Positions 49,295-59,484 of a stretch of DNA of 64,000 bases are shown piece by piece. Origin of the DNA: Candidatus Binatia bacterium (GTDB lineage: Bacteria > Desulfobacterota > Binatia > Bin18). Position numbers and translations under genes: made by a program. Each line of letters opens with the position of its first letter. The stretch's first letter is position 1. Under the pieces are notes generated by a model. That model worked only from the letters and a program-made list of their open reading frames with translations, was not told where the DNA came from and searched no databases. Location of the stretch: assembly GCA_963666315.2 (NCBI GenBank), contig CAXXHG010000047.1:1-64000 (forward strand), in the 5' to 3' direction.

Positions 49295-49630
49295 CTAGAG
49301 GTCGTCAAGAATTTTCCCACTGCGTGCTTTATCCACCGTCTCATCAAATTGTGAGCCGAGATCAACACCCATTTCTTTGGCCCGTTTTTTTGCCCACAGG
49401 CCAACGTTGCGAGAGTCGCGATAAAATGATTCATCCCGCGGAGCACCGGTGTCAAAGGCATTGAGCCGCGCAGCTTCGCCTTGGTGGTATGCAAAACGCG
49501 ATAACAGACGGGTCAAGCGACGACGTTTACAGGACTGACACCGGGGAGACGTTTCAACGTCCGCGCGCTTCATAAAGAGCAGACTTTGCTGCCTCCCACA
49601 CGCTTTACAGTAGTATTCGTAGATCGGCAT
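49295..49630 (-). CDS. FmdB family zinc-ribbon protein
   Basis: MPIYEYYCKACG...CQSC...LLSRF. Confidence 0.9.
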   Translation of the reverse strand: MPIYEYYCKACGRQQSLLFMKRADVETSPRCQSCKRRRLTRLLSRFAYHQGEAARLNAFDTGAPRDESFYRDSRNVGLWAKKRAKEMGVDLGSQFDETVDKARSGKILDDL

Positions 49631-49748
49631 GGTACACACACGGCACTCATTTTCCCCTATCACACCTTCTCCAGAGGTGCTATAGAGAAAACGTCTCTCA
49701 CCTTTCTTAAGAAGTGGACGCAGCTGCTGAGGGTCGCGGAGATAGACT

Positions 49749-50531
49749 ATGCGAGTGAGGGAATCCCTGAGCTGGGTCAGGAGAATGCGCTACCTCGACG
49801 GCGACCAACAGTTTCCACATTTCCCCTGGATGAATTTGGCTCTGGTTGGGATCAATCTGGGCTGTTTCGCCTATGAACTCAGTCTCGGGCCAGCGCTGCA
49901 GCCTTTCCTGACAACCTATGGCTGGATCCCGGAGCAATTTTCTCGCGCCCTCACTCATGGACACATCCCAGTCCTCAGCCCGCTTCTAGTCAGTACCTTC
50001 CTGCACGGTGGCTGGCTTCATTTGCTGGGTAATTTGGTGTGTTTGCTCATCCTTGGGGGAGATGTAGAGCAGCGGCTGGGTGCTGTTCGATACCTGGGCT
50101 TGTATATATGTGGCAGTCTGGTTGCCTTATTGAGCCAGACGGCTGTCGCTCCGTTCTCACCCATGCCGATGATAGGCTCTAGCGGGGCTATTGCCGCAGT
50201 GGCGGGCACCTACTGCATATTCTTTTTTACGCTACAGGACTTTCGAGTTACCCCGCGCCTCTTGTCTGGGCGCATAGAGCGGATCCCTGCCCTGCTTTTC
50301 CTGGTTGGGTGGTTTCTCTTTCATCTGCTTGCCGGTGTCTATGCGCATGCCGTTGATATGGCGCCCTCGTCGTTCTTCGCCCGCGTCGCCTGGGGAGCCC
50401 ATGTAGGCGGTTTCCTGGGTGGCATGCTCTTAGGCCCGCTGCTGTTGGTGCATCAGGCCCGCCGGCGTCGTGGCCCCGTTTTCGGTGACTCACCGCTTGT
50501 GTTTGGTCGACCGAAGTTCCTCCTCCGCTAA
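49749..50531 (+). CDS. Rhomboid family intramembrane serine protease
   Basis: FLHGGWLHLLGN, GSSGAI, AHVGGF. Confidence 0.92.
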   Translation: MRVRESLSWVRRMRYLDGDQQFPHFPWMNLALVGINLGCFAYELSLGPALQPFLTTYGWIPEQFSRALTHGHIPVLSPLLVSTFLHGGWLHLLGNLVCLLILGGDVEQRLGAVRYLGLYICGSLVALLSQTAVAPFSPMPMIGSSGAIAAVAGTYCIFFFTLQDFRVTPRLLSGRIERIPALLFLVGWFLFHLLAGVYAHAVDMAPSSFFARVAWGAHVGGFLGGMLLGPLLLVHQARRRRGPVFGDSPLVFGRPKFLLR

Positions 50532-50649
50532 CATGCGGTAGCACGCGGTAACATGCAGTGACATGAAAGAACGCCAGAGTCGATTCTGCGGCTAGGGCGG
50601 TGCGTATCGCATGCCCGAATCTGGCGAGGGGAATGAGTTCTTCAGTTCG

Positions 50650-51138
50650 TCAGTTCAATTGGGCAGACAGCGCCGCAAGGGTACGTCGTGCGGTAAGCGA
50701 GCGGGGTTCGACTTCCAGGGCCCGACCAAATTCACGCGCCGCTGTGAGCAGATCCCCTTTTGCAAGAGCAATCCGACCGAGGTTGAGGTGTGGATAGTGA
50801 CGGCTCTCATAATGCGTTGCCGTGAGGGCACGCTCTAGCCACGGCACGGCGTCGTCAAGCTTCCCCATCCTCATCAGGTAGAGGCCAATATCATTATACG
50901 GATTCCCAAATTCAGGATCGATCGCAATAGCATGCCGACACTCTTCAATTGCGTTTTCGTACCGCTGCAGGAAACCATATGTCCAACCCAGGAAGGTATG
51001 GGCTTCGGCAGTCGGATGGAGTTGGACCGACTCCTGATAGCAACGCATTGCGTCTCCCAACTCTCCCTGCAGCTGCGCTTGGTGTCCTTTTCGAAAAAGT
51101 TCCGAAGCTTTTTTCGTCCGTTCTTTTGTTGTTTCCAT
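50650..51138 (-). CDS. TPR repeat protein
   Basis: PTAEAHTFLGW, AIAIDPEFGNPYNDIG. Confidence 0.9.
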   Translation of the reverse strand: METTKERTKKASELFRKGHQAQLQGELGDAMRCYQESVQLHPTAEAHTFLGWTYGFLQRYENAIEECRHAIAIDPEFGNPYNDIGLYLMRMGKLDDAVPWLERALTATHYESRHYPHLNLGRIALAKGDLLTAAREFGRALEVEPRSLTARRTLAALSAQLN

Positions 51139-51223
51139 ACGCTGTACTCCAGTTATCTGGGTTACGGGCAGTTACCTGCGTTACAGAAAAGATGCGTATG
51201 ATTCTTGAGATGTCAAGTCGAGG

Positions 51224-52000
51224 TCAAGTCAAAGAAGAAGTTTGTGGCGTTGTTGCATGCAGGTAAAAAGAGAACAGGGTGTAATAGAGTGGATAGTATA
51301 AGGAGGCAGCGACGAGCCACGGACGGGGATGAGGGAACTGGGCTAAGAGCACGAGCAGGACAACGCCCCAGCCGGCTCCGAGGGTATTCGTCAGCAGGCG
51401 CAGCCGAACCGTGCGGGTTGGGTAAATATAACGAATAGGAATAAACACGAATACCGCAAGAACGCAGATCAGGCTCGCGTTGATCCAGACTGGTGTCCCT
51501 CCTGCGTAGAGATAGAAAGCCAAGATATTCCAATATGACGGAAAGCCGGTGAAAAAGAAGTCTGGCGTTTTCGCCTCGGCCTGACAAAAGCCAAAGGCGC
51601 TGGCAAAGAGTGGAGCGGCGACAAAAACAAGGGTGCCTGTAGCAGGGAGTAAATCGAACTCATGCAGAAAAACAACCGGGACAATGACATAGGTGAAATA
51701 ATCAACAATGTCATCGAGCTTTGCTCCGTCGACCCACGGGAGTACCCGTTTGACCTGAACCGCCCTAGCCAGGGTGCCATCCGTGGCATCAATCAGTACG
51801 GCCACGAACATCCAGACAAACGCCAGCCACGCATTGCCGACAAAGATGGCCTGGAGGGAAAGAAACCCGGCAATAAGACCGGATGCAGTGTAGGAGTGGA
51901 CCGCCCAAGCCGCTACACGCATCATCCAATGCTTGCAATGCGAGTGAGCTGTCTCATCCTTCACTTCAGGTGAGGCGCTGTGGGCTGAGGGTGGGCTCAT
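51224..52000 (-). CDS. pcs: Phosphatidylcholine synthase (CDP-alcohol phosphatidyltransferase)
   Basis: AWAVH.YTASG, DG-x2-AR-x12-G-x3-D-x3-D, FTGFPSYWN; start uncertain. Confidence 0.85.
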   Translation of the reverse strand: MSPPSAHSASPEVKDETAHSHCKHWMMRVAAWAVHSYTASGLIAGFLSLQAIFVGNAWLAFVWMFVAVLIDATDGTLARAVQVKRVLPWVDGAKLDDIVDYFTYVIVPVVFLHEFDLLPATGTLVFVAAPLFASAFGFCQAEAKTPDFFFTGFPSYWNILAFYLYAGGTPVWINASLICVLAVFVFIPIRYIYPTRTVRLRLLTNTLGAGWGVVLLVLLAQFPHPRPWLVAASLYYPLYYTLFSFYLHATTPQTSSLT

Positions 52001-52391
52001 AGAGAATTTGGATGAGATTGCCATCCGGATCCGTACAATACAGGGAGCGGCTGCCATCACGATGCGTTCGCGGCGGTTGCACGACAGGCACACGGCGTGT
52101 CTCCAAGGTTGCAGCTGCCTGATCAACATCTTCCGGATGAGGGACAATAAAGCCGAGGTGATCGAGGCGTTGTCCGTGTTGAACGATTGCATCGGCAGCC
52201 CGATGCAGCGCCAGATTGTCACAGCCTGAGGACAGATAGGCATTGTCGGGATCCGGCTGCCAGACAATCTGCATGCCAAATAGGCTGGTGTAGAACTCAA
52301 CCGCAGCACCAACATCGGTCACATTCAAGGCCAGGTGGCGTAAGCCGGAATTCGGAATTGCTGCTTGCGCAAGCATGCTTGCTGTCCTCAA
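51966..52391 (-). CDS. VOC/glyoxalase family protein
   Basis: GLRHLALNV, LDHLGF, HRDGSRSLYCTDPDGN. Confidence 0.92.
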   Translation of the reverse strand: MRTASMLAQAAIPNSGLRHLALNVTDVGAAVEFYTSLFGMQIVWQPDPDNAYLSSGCDNLALHRAADAIVQHGQRLDHLGFIVPHPEDVDQAAATLETRRVPVVQPPRTHRDGSRSLYCTDPDGNLIQILYEPTLSPQRLT

Positions 52392-52442
52392 AAACTGTGC
52401 AGGCTATTCTGGCAAATTCGATCGGCGTTGGATAGAGCACAA

Positions 52443-53670
52443 CTAGGATTTTTTCAGAAGCAGGTAGAGCTCTCCGCTTTGGGCCATGAGGCCGGCTTCT
52501 GGCTGTGGACCACTGCCCCAATAGATATCCGCGCGTCTTGGCCCGGTAATGGCCGCTCCACGATCCTGGAGTGCTACGAACCGAGAGAATGATTGCCAAG
52601 AGACCTGCTCGTTGCCGTTGAGTTGTGGCTTTTTGGTCACAATGAAGCCGACGGCGCCAGGCGGATACCAGCCGGGATCCGTCGCGATGGAGCGACCCGG
52701 AGTGAGGCGGACGCCTAAACTCCCGAGGGGACCTTCAGAGACAACGCGAAAGAAAATATAGCGTGGATTATGGAAAAGGATCTGATCCCGTTCAGTTGGA
52801 TGCCTGCGCAAGTAGCGACGAATTGCTTGGGCAGAGGCCTCCCCGGGTCCAAGCTTGCCCTGCTTGACGAGACGCTTACCAATACTGCGATACGGCAAGC
52901 CGTTTGAGGCGGCATAGCCGATCCGAAACCAGGTGCCATCGGGCAGACGAATTTTTCCTGAGCCTTGGATATGGAGGAAAAAACGCTCAATCGGACTATC
53001 AAGCCAGACGAGCTCTTTATATTGATGGGCCAGAATCCCTTGCCCATCAATCTGGGCACGAGAAAAATAGGGCACGAGTTTCCCATTTGCGACGCGGCCA
53101 TACACTTTCTCCTCAAATGGGCGAGACGCAAATTGAGCAGCATCAACCTCGACCAGGTCCGTGGGACGACGGTACACGGCATAGCGGTAGCGTGCGGTCC
53201 GAATAAAACTGCCGCGCAGCTCAGGCTCATGATAGCCGGTGAAGAGAACCGACGCTGTGGCTCGATACAGATCGAAATCGCGCTGTAGCGTTGCAGTCCA
53301 ATCGCCGGGCTGATTGAGCAGGGCGAGGAATGCGGTGAGGCTGTCGCGCAGCCCTAGCTATACTAATGCGTTTCCGTCCAAATGCCACAGTCTGAGTCCC
53401 CGGCTTATGCTCAAGCGCCGCTATGCTTTGGCACAGAACGGCTTGCAGCGACTGCCGGTCAAGATCATCAACCAAAGGCGGAATCTGATGTGCCGGAACG
53501 CGTGTAAGAACGGGCTGGGCGTGACTAGACGGAACAAAAAAGAGAAGAGGGGAAAAGCAAACCAATACAAGCGACAGGGAAAGCGACCGGACAAGCATCC
53601 GGGCGAGCGTACGACGCATCATGCTCAGCTGCCCCACATTTCCCACTCTCCACCTCTGCGATATAGGCAA
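52443..53670 (-). CDS. mltA: Membrane-bound lytic murein transglycosylase A; one frameshift near 53353
   Basis: FTGYHEP, FFLHIQGSG, SIATDP, QDRGAAITG..RADIYWG; extra G in a G run may be a sequencing error. Confidence 0.85.
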
Positions 53671-53711
53671 AAGGATACTTTATGTCTGACCGTATTGCTC
53701 ACGGCGTGTTG

Positions 53712-54890
53712 TCAGGCCACGTACACTTCTTGGGCAGCACGTAGGCCTGCCCCGGTAGGACATCTATGTCCCTGTTTTTGCAGCACGGCCTCAAGCGCAC
53801 TCAAGACCAGGAGGACATTCCTCCGGGTGCTGGACTCGCCCATCAGGCCGATACGCCACACTTTTCCTTTGAACGCGCCTAACCCGGCCCCAATCTCAAT
53901 ATTATACACTGCCAAGAGTTGCTGTCGGACCGCGCCGTCGTCTATCCCGTCAGGAATCGTGACGCTATTAAGCATCCACAAGCGACGGCCTTCTTGAGCG
54001 GCAAGCTGCATGCCCAGCGCGTCCAACCCGGCAGTTAATGCGAGATGATTACGCTCGTGGCGACGAAAGCGTGCTTCCAGTCCTTCTTCTTGGACAAGGC
54101 GCAAGGCTTCTACTAGCGCATAATTCATGGAGATGGGAGCAGCGTGATGATAGACGCGCTCTTCGCCCCAATATTTTTCTAGCAGGGTCAGATCCAGATA
54201 CCAGCTCTGGACTTTCTGTGTCCGGCTGCGGAGAACGTCTTGCGCGGCGGGGCTAAACGTGATCGGCGACAGTCCCGGTGGACAGCTCAGGCATTTCTGG
54301 GTGCCGCTATAACACGCGTCAATTTTCCAATCGTCTACTTTGAGGGGGCAGCCGCCAAGCGACGTGACCGCATCAACCAGTAACAGCGCCCCGGCTTGAT
54401 GCACAAGCGCAGAAATCTCTGCTAACGGCTGCCACGCCCCTGTTGAGGTCTCGGCATGGACCACGGCAACCAGTTTTGGGTGCGGGCATTGTGTGAGCGC
54501 ACTGCGCACATCGTCTGGAGTGAAGACCCGGCCCCACGGGGCTTCCATAATGACCGGTTTCCCACCACACCGTTCCACCACATCAACCATACGCGTGCCA
54601 AACACACCGTTGACACCAATAATGACTTCATCTCCCGGCTCGACGAGATTGACAAAGCAGGTTTCCATCCCTGCGCTGCCCGTCCCGGATATTGGGAGGG
54701 TAAGGGGATTGGTGGTTTGAAACACAGACCGGAGCAAGGTCTTGGTCTCTTCCATGAGCCGAATAAACTCCGGGTCGAGATGGCCAACTAAAGGTGTGGA
54801 CAGGGCGCGCAGCACCCGAGGATGGATATTGCTCGGGCCGGGGCCAAGCAGGACGCGGGCCGGCAGGGACGGCTCAGTACAGTTTTCCAT
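53712..54890 (-). CDS. Alanine-glyoxylate/serine-pyruvate aminotransferase (class V)
   Basis: LLGPGPS, VHAETSTG, DAVTSLGG, SGTQKCL.CPPG. Confidence 0.95.
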   Translation of the reverse strand: MENCTEPSLPARVLLGPGPSNIHPRVLRALSTPLVGHLDPEFIRLMEETKTLLRSVFQTTNPLTLPISGTGSAGMETCFVNLVEPGDEVIIGVNGVFGTRMVDVVERCGGKPVIMEAPWGRVFTPDDVRSALTQCPHPKLVAVVHAETSTGAWQPLAEISALVHQAGALLLVDAVTSLGGCPLKVDDWKIDACYSGTQKCLSCPPGLSPITFSPAAQDVLRSRTQKVQSWYLDLTLLEKYWGEERVYHHAAPISMNYALVEALRLVQEEGLEARFRRHERNHLALTAGLDALGMQLAAQEGRRLWMLNSVTIPDGIDDGAVRQQLLAVYNIEIGAGLGAFKGKVWRIGLMGESSTRRNVLLVLSALEAVLQKQGHRCPTGAGLRAAQEVYVA

Positions 54891-55162
54891 ACCACTCCTC
54901 CTCTTTCGCTGTTCCGCACCGGCTACCAAAAAGGAGCCGCCGGCTGCAGAGAAATATACATCACGTTACCATGCCCGGTTAGACTGGAAAAGTGATACTG
55001 GAAAAGTCAGGCTGAGCGGTAACGGAGAACCCTAATCTCTGTGTTTTTGTATGGTGGAAAAAGTTTTGCCGCCAGGCAGACAGCGGCGGAGTTTTTTGTT
55101 ACAACGCTGACACACACGATTGCCTTTGAAGGGCCGCACGTATGGGAGGGGAGAGGGGCGCA

Positions 55163-56076
55163 ATGACCGTGACGATCCGCCGCATGCAAGAGGGCGATAT
55201 CCCACGGGTTGGAGCAATCATGGTGAACGCCTTCTTGGAGCAATCATGGTGAACGCCTTCAATGATGTCTTCCGCCGGCATGGCTATCCCGAACCATTTC
55301 CCTCGCCTGAAGTCGGAACCTCGCTTGCCTGTGGTTATCTGAGTTTGGAGCCTGAGCAGTGTTTCACCGCTAGTCTTAATGGACAGGTTGTGGGGTCAGG
55401 CTTCCTCCATCTCCGCAGGGACTCGGGCGGTATTGGTCCCATTACGGTTGATCCCACATGTCAAACGAAAGGTATTGGCCGAGCAATCATGCAGGCCGTG
55501 ATTGATGCCGGGAGCCAGTGCCGGTCGCTCCGACTCGTGCAAGACGCGTTTAATGTGGTGTCCTTCCCGCTGTACACGAAACTTGGTTTTGTAGTGCGTG
55601 GGACTGCGGCTTCCCTGGTTGGGCATGACATCCATGCCGCACGAGCAGCGAGTGTCGAGATCCGAGAGTGGAAGGCGCAGGATATCGGCACGCTGGCTGC
55701 GCTCGATACGACACTGACCGGCATCGAGCGTGTACAAGATTTCCGTTATTTCCTCGACCAGCCGCTTCAGCTGATTGGCTTCGTCGCAGGGAAACCGGCA
55801 GGCTATCTCTGTTTCCTTCGAACCGGGGCTGGGACGTTTCTCGGACCTGCGGCTGCGACGGAGCAATCGGTCTTACGAGAACTGATTCTCAGAGCCGCCG
55901 AGCTTGAGCAAGGCAAGGCTCTGCGGATGCGTTTCCCTACGCGCCATGCGGAACTTTTGCAAGAGTTGCTAGCCCTGGGTTTTCAAGTCGAGAGCCTGCA
56001 AACGTATATGGTCCGGGGGCCATGGGAGGTACCGCCCGGGGTCGATCTCTTGGCGCTCTTCCCTGAGGCGCTGTAG
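55163..56076 (+). pseudogene. GNAT family acetyltransferase interrupted by a 26-bp tandem duplication
   Basis: MTVTIRRMQEGDIPRVGAIMVNAF from ATG 55163 is out of frame with the body (IGPITVDP..Q.KGIGR) because 55209-55234 is repeated at 55235-55260. Confidence 0.8.
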
Positions 56077-56095
56077 CGGGAAAGGAGAAGGGAGT

Positions 56096-57148
56096 ATGCC
56101 CACGCTGAACGGAACCGACCTCGGACTCCTGCCCACGATGGGCGTCGGCTCCTACGCTTCCCCGTCTTGGCTGATTGCGATGCGAAGGGCACTCCGAGCC
56201 GGGGAGGCCGGACCGGCTGATATGGAAGAAACCATTCAGGACGCGGTGAAAATGGCCGTATGGGATCAAGAAGAAGCCGGCCTGGATGTGCTGACTGACG
56301 GTGAAATCCGGCGCCAGCGTTTTCTGTGGAATGTCGTTGAAAAACTCTCGGGTCTCAATATGGTCCGCGCTCCGCGCAAGCTTGGAGTCGTCAGCTATGA
56401 TAGTGCGCCGCGCTTCGAAACAACACAGCGCGTGGGCGCACCGGATGGATTCGGGCTGGCTGACGAGTTTTCGTATGTCCGAACGTTGACGGATAAGCCG
56501 CTCAAAGTGTGTTGCCCCGGTCCGCTTACGATTGCCCTGCCCATTACGCTGAAAGACGGTTACCCGCAGGGTGACTATATGCCCTTGCTATACGATTTAG
56601 CGGAGTTGGTAAATACAGAATTGCGGGCTGTTGTGGCAGCGGGCGCAACCTTAATTCAGCTGGACGAACCGTCGGCTGCGGGCCGGGAGCCAACCGTGTC
56701 GGTGGAAGAAACGGTGAGGCTCTTTAACAAGACTGTCGAAGGCATTGAGGCCAAAATTGCGCTCCATATTTGTTTTGGGAATAATCAGTGTCGGCCCGCG
56801 ATGAAGCGGACGTATGCCCCCCTGTTCCCAGGCATTCTGGAGGTCAAGGCGGATCAATTTGTCCTGGAATTTGCCAATCGTGAAATGGCAGAGCTTGCGC
56901 TGTGGAACCAATACGGCGATGGGCGTGAGTTGGCGGCTGGGGTGATCGATGTGAAGTCCATGTACCTGGAGACGGCGGAGGATGTAGCCGAGCGCATTCG
57001 TCTTGTTCTTGAACATGTCAATCCGGAAAAACTCTATCTGACCTGTGACTGCGGATTCTCTGCGTCGTCCCGGAATTTATCCCGGGCCAAGCTGGGCGCA
57101 CTTGTGCAAGGCGCCCGGATTGTCCGACGCGAGTTGCAAGAGTTGTGA
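56096..57148 (+). CDS. Cobalamin-independent methionine synthase II family (single-domain, core MetE-like)
   Basis: VGSY, QEEAGLDVLTDGE, IQLDEP, LHICFGN, GVIDVK, DCGF. Confidence 0.92.
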   Translation: MPTLNGTDLGLLPTMGVGSYASPSWLIAMRRALRAGEAGPADMEETIQDAVKMAVWDQEEAGLDVLTDGEIRRQRFLWNVVEKLSGLNMVRAPRKLGVVSYDSAPRFETTQRVGAPDGFGLADEFSYVRTLTDKPLKVCCPGPLTIALPITLKDGYPQGDYMPLLYDLAELVNTELRAVVAAGATLIQLDEPSAAGREPTVSVEETVRLFNKTVEGIEAKIALHICFGNNQCRPAMKRTYAPLFPGILEVKADQFVLEFANREMAELALWNQYGDGRELAAGVIDVKSMYLETAEDVAERIRLVLEHVNPEKLYLTCDCGFSASSRNLSRAKLGALVQGARIVRRELQEL

Positions 57149-57156
57149 GAGTTGAT

Positions 57157-57657
57157 ATGGAGCGTAAATCGTCTCAACGGTTTGTCCCCTCCCTACCTGC
57201 TCCCCCAGCCTGGGATGAGGAATGGCCGGACGATGAGCCTGGGCAAGAGGTGCGAGAGGACGCCCCCGTGCCTACCCCTCAGGTGACGCTGGGCACGTGC
57301 GAGATCTGGTGCATCAGTCCGGAAGGCTACGAGTGCCGCCTAGAGATGCCGGTCGATGGGGCGGGTGGCATGGCCGCCGTCTTGGTAGAGTTAGAGGCCA
57401 TGGGTTTTACTCCACGCCAGCCAAAAGCCAAGTCTGCACCACAACCGCGGCAACAGCCACGGCCACAACAGCAGCCACGGCCACAACAGCAGCACATTCC
57501 AGCCCCTCCTCCAACTGAACCCAGCCCGCTGTGGTGCGATGATCACGGCTGCGAGTTCAGGCTCTTTCGCAAAAACGGACGGAGCTGGTGGGCCCACTAC
57601 GACGAAGCCGGCAGCCGTTGGTGTAACTCTCCGCTTCCTGTGCGGGGAGGGTCTTAG
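57157..57657 (+). CDS. Hypothetical phage-like protein with a PQ-rich linker and a C-terminal Cys/His motif
   Basis: SPEGYECRL, 18-bp repeat 57454-57489, WCDDHGCEF...WWAH...WC. Confidence 0.65.
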   Translation: MERKSSQRFVPSLPAPPAWDEEWPDDEPGQEVREDAPVPTPQVTLGTCEIWCISPEGYECRLEMPVDGAGGMAAVLVELEAMGFTPRQPKAKSAPQPRQQPRPQQQPRPQQQHIPAPPPTEPSPLWCDDHGCEFRLFRKNGRSWWAHYDEAGSRWCNSPLPVRGGS

Positions 57658-57985
57658 GACTTGCTACTCCTCCTCAAGCAGTCAACTGAGTGGTTGCAGT
57701 CTCTCTGGTAGGCTTATCGACAACTATTGCCAGGGAATTGGACCAGTTGGCGCGAAAAGGCAAGCGAGACTCCCCCCCTTAGGTCATGTAGTATCACGTT
57801 ATATGAGGGTCGTTGCGCCGGCTTTCGCCCCTGCTGCGTCCTGCCGCGACCTCTCCGGCGCCCTGTCCCAAAAGCCCTGCTGTAACTTGATTGGGAAGCA
57901 ACAAGCGGCTCTAAACTGAGGTGAAAAAGAGCACCCTGGAACTCCAGAAAGAGCGCGAGTCAAACAACCATCAGCTCAAAGAGCT

Positions 57986-58248
57986 CTAGAAGAGAAGAGT
58001 TTGACAATGTCTTGAATTTCTCCTTTCTCTTGCCCGTCTGAATATATGGAAGGTGCCTGCTTCCTTCCCCCTCTGTGGAGGGGTTTTCATCTCACCCCTC
58101 CGCCCAGGTGCAAACCGGCGGGCAGGGTGGATCTCCTTTCCTCTGCCCGCCGGAAAATCATTAACTATTATGGGAAAGAAAGACATCGAAAGGTTGACCA
58201 ATAGAAGCCAGCGCATTGGATTTGCAGGCACGACCTAGAAGAGAAGAG
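57986..58248. other. Hairpin-rich segment flanked by 14-bp direct repeats
   Basis: CTAGAAGAGAAGAG at 57986-57999 and 58235-58248; three stems within 58048-58153. Confidence 0.5.
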
Positions 58249-58668
58249 CGAGCCTACTCCACCCGCTCGTCCACAACCAGTAACCGCATCACTTTCGCGC
58301 AGTCTCGCGCGGCCTGATACGCCTCTTCCTTCGCTGCCGTATCTGTGGCCGGGTTGGAGGATGGCATAGGAGCAGGTCGCTCCTCCACCTCTTGCACCTC
58401 TTGCGTCCCGACAAGAATTCGGGAAAGACAACAGTATGGCAAGCCAAGAGAGGATACTCAAAAGGTGGGTGGGCTATCCGGAGCGCTGGCAACAGTTGTG
58501 GGAAACCTGTCAGCACGGCGGAGGGCGGTATAAGCGCGGCCTATTTGTCTTGGACGGGAAGGGCAACAAACAATCGCGACCCAAGACTCAGCAGCAGGGA
58601 ACTATCGAGCTGCTGAAAAGCGCACCCACAGGCTCTTTGTCGTAACGGGCCATTGTTTGCCGTCAACG

Positions 58669-59484
58669 TTATAAACGTTCTGCCAATTTTAGCAGCGCTC
58701 TGGCCGCAGCTTTGCGCAGGCTGGGGTCAGCGCCGCCAGAAGCTGCTTGCAGCGCTTCGAGGACTGCCGGATCCGAATCTCCGATCTGACCCAGTGTGAC
58801 TGCAGTCGAACGCCGAACGCCCATATCTGGATCATTTAATAAGAGTCGGAGGATGGTCTCACGGACCGTTATACTCGTGAGTTGGAGCTTGCCGAGGCAA
58901 GACAGTCCTCCCAATCGGACCATAGCATCTGCGTCGTTCAGGCTGGCGAGATAGGCTGCCTGCGCCTCGTGACCGGTCTGTCCAAGATCGCGCAGACAGT
59001 ACAGGGCCATACGACGTTGGACGGCATTGTCAGCGTAGACGAGATGAACCAGTGCCGAGACAACCGCCTGACGATGCTGGTCTGCTAAGTGCAAGAGCGC
59101 AGTTGCGGCGGCCCAGCGCAGGTCACTTTCCTGGTGGCCGAGATTTTCAATCAGGATGGGCAGCGGAGCAGGACTGGAGAGTTCAAGCTGTGACAGGGTA
59201 AATGCGGCTGTCCAGCGGACACGGGAATCCGGATCAGACAATGTGTGTGTCAGGACTGTAAAGATTTCAGGCTGGTGTGGGGCGAAACGGATCAGTTGGG
59301 CCGCCGCAGCACGTTGCACGTTTTTTTGATTGTGACCCAGACACTGCAGAAGACTACGACAGATATCTGGTGCAAGCGGAGTCTGAGGAGTCTTATGGTC
59401 GTGTTCTCCGAGCGCGCTGAGCGCTGAGAGACGTATGTGGATATCGTTTGAAAGCAGGTCTGTGGCGATTTGAGACAGGTTCAT
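58669..59484 (-). CDS. HEAT/PBS-lyase repeat protein
   Basis: Repeated L.D.D..VR..AA..L units; ATGA overlap with the upstream gene. Confidence 0.9.
   Translation of the reverse strand: MNLSQIATDLLSNDIHIRLSALSALGEHDHKTPQTPLAPDICRSLLQCLGHNQKNVQRAAAAQLIRFAPHQPEIFTVLTHTLSDPDSRVRWTAAFTLSQLELSSPAPLPILIENLGHQESDLRWAAATALLHLADQHRQAVVSALVHLVYADNAVQRRMALYCLRDLGQTGHEAQAAYLASLNDADAMVRLGGLSCLGKLQLTSITVRETILRLLLNDPDMGVRRSTAVTLGQIGDSDPAVLEALQAASGGADPSLRKAAARALLKLAERL

Noticed and set aside
52443-53670. mltA and thiolase frameshifts as programmed frameshifting
   Set aside because: Single indels in a G run and a CG repeat with no slippery heptamer; sequencing error or recent mutation is more likely.
57986-58248. 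Direct repeats as a CRISPR array
   Set aside because: Only two 14-bp copies with a 235-bp spacer and no cas genes.
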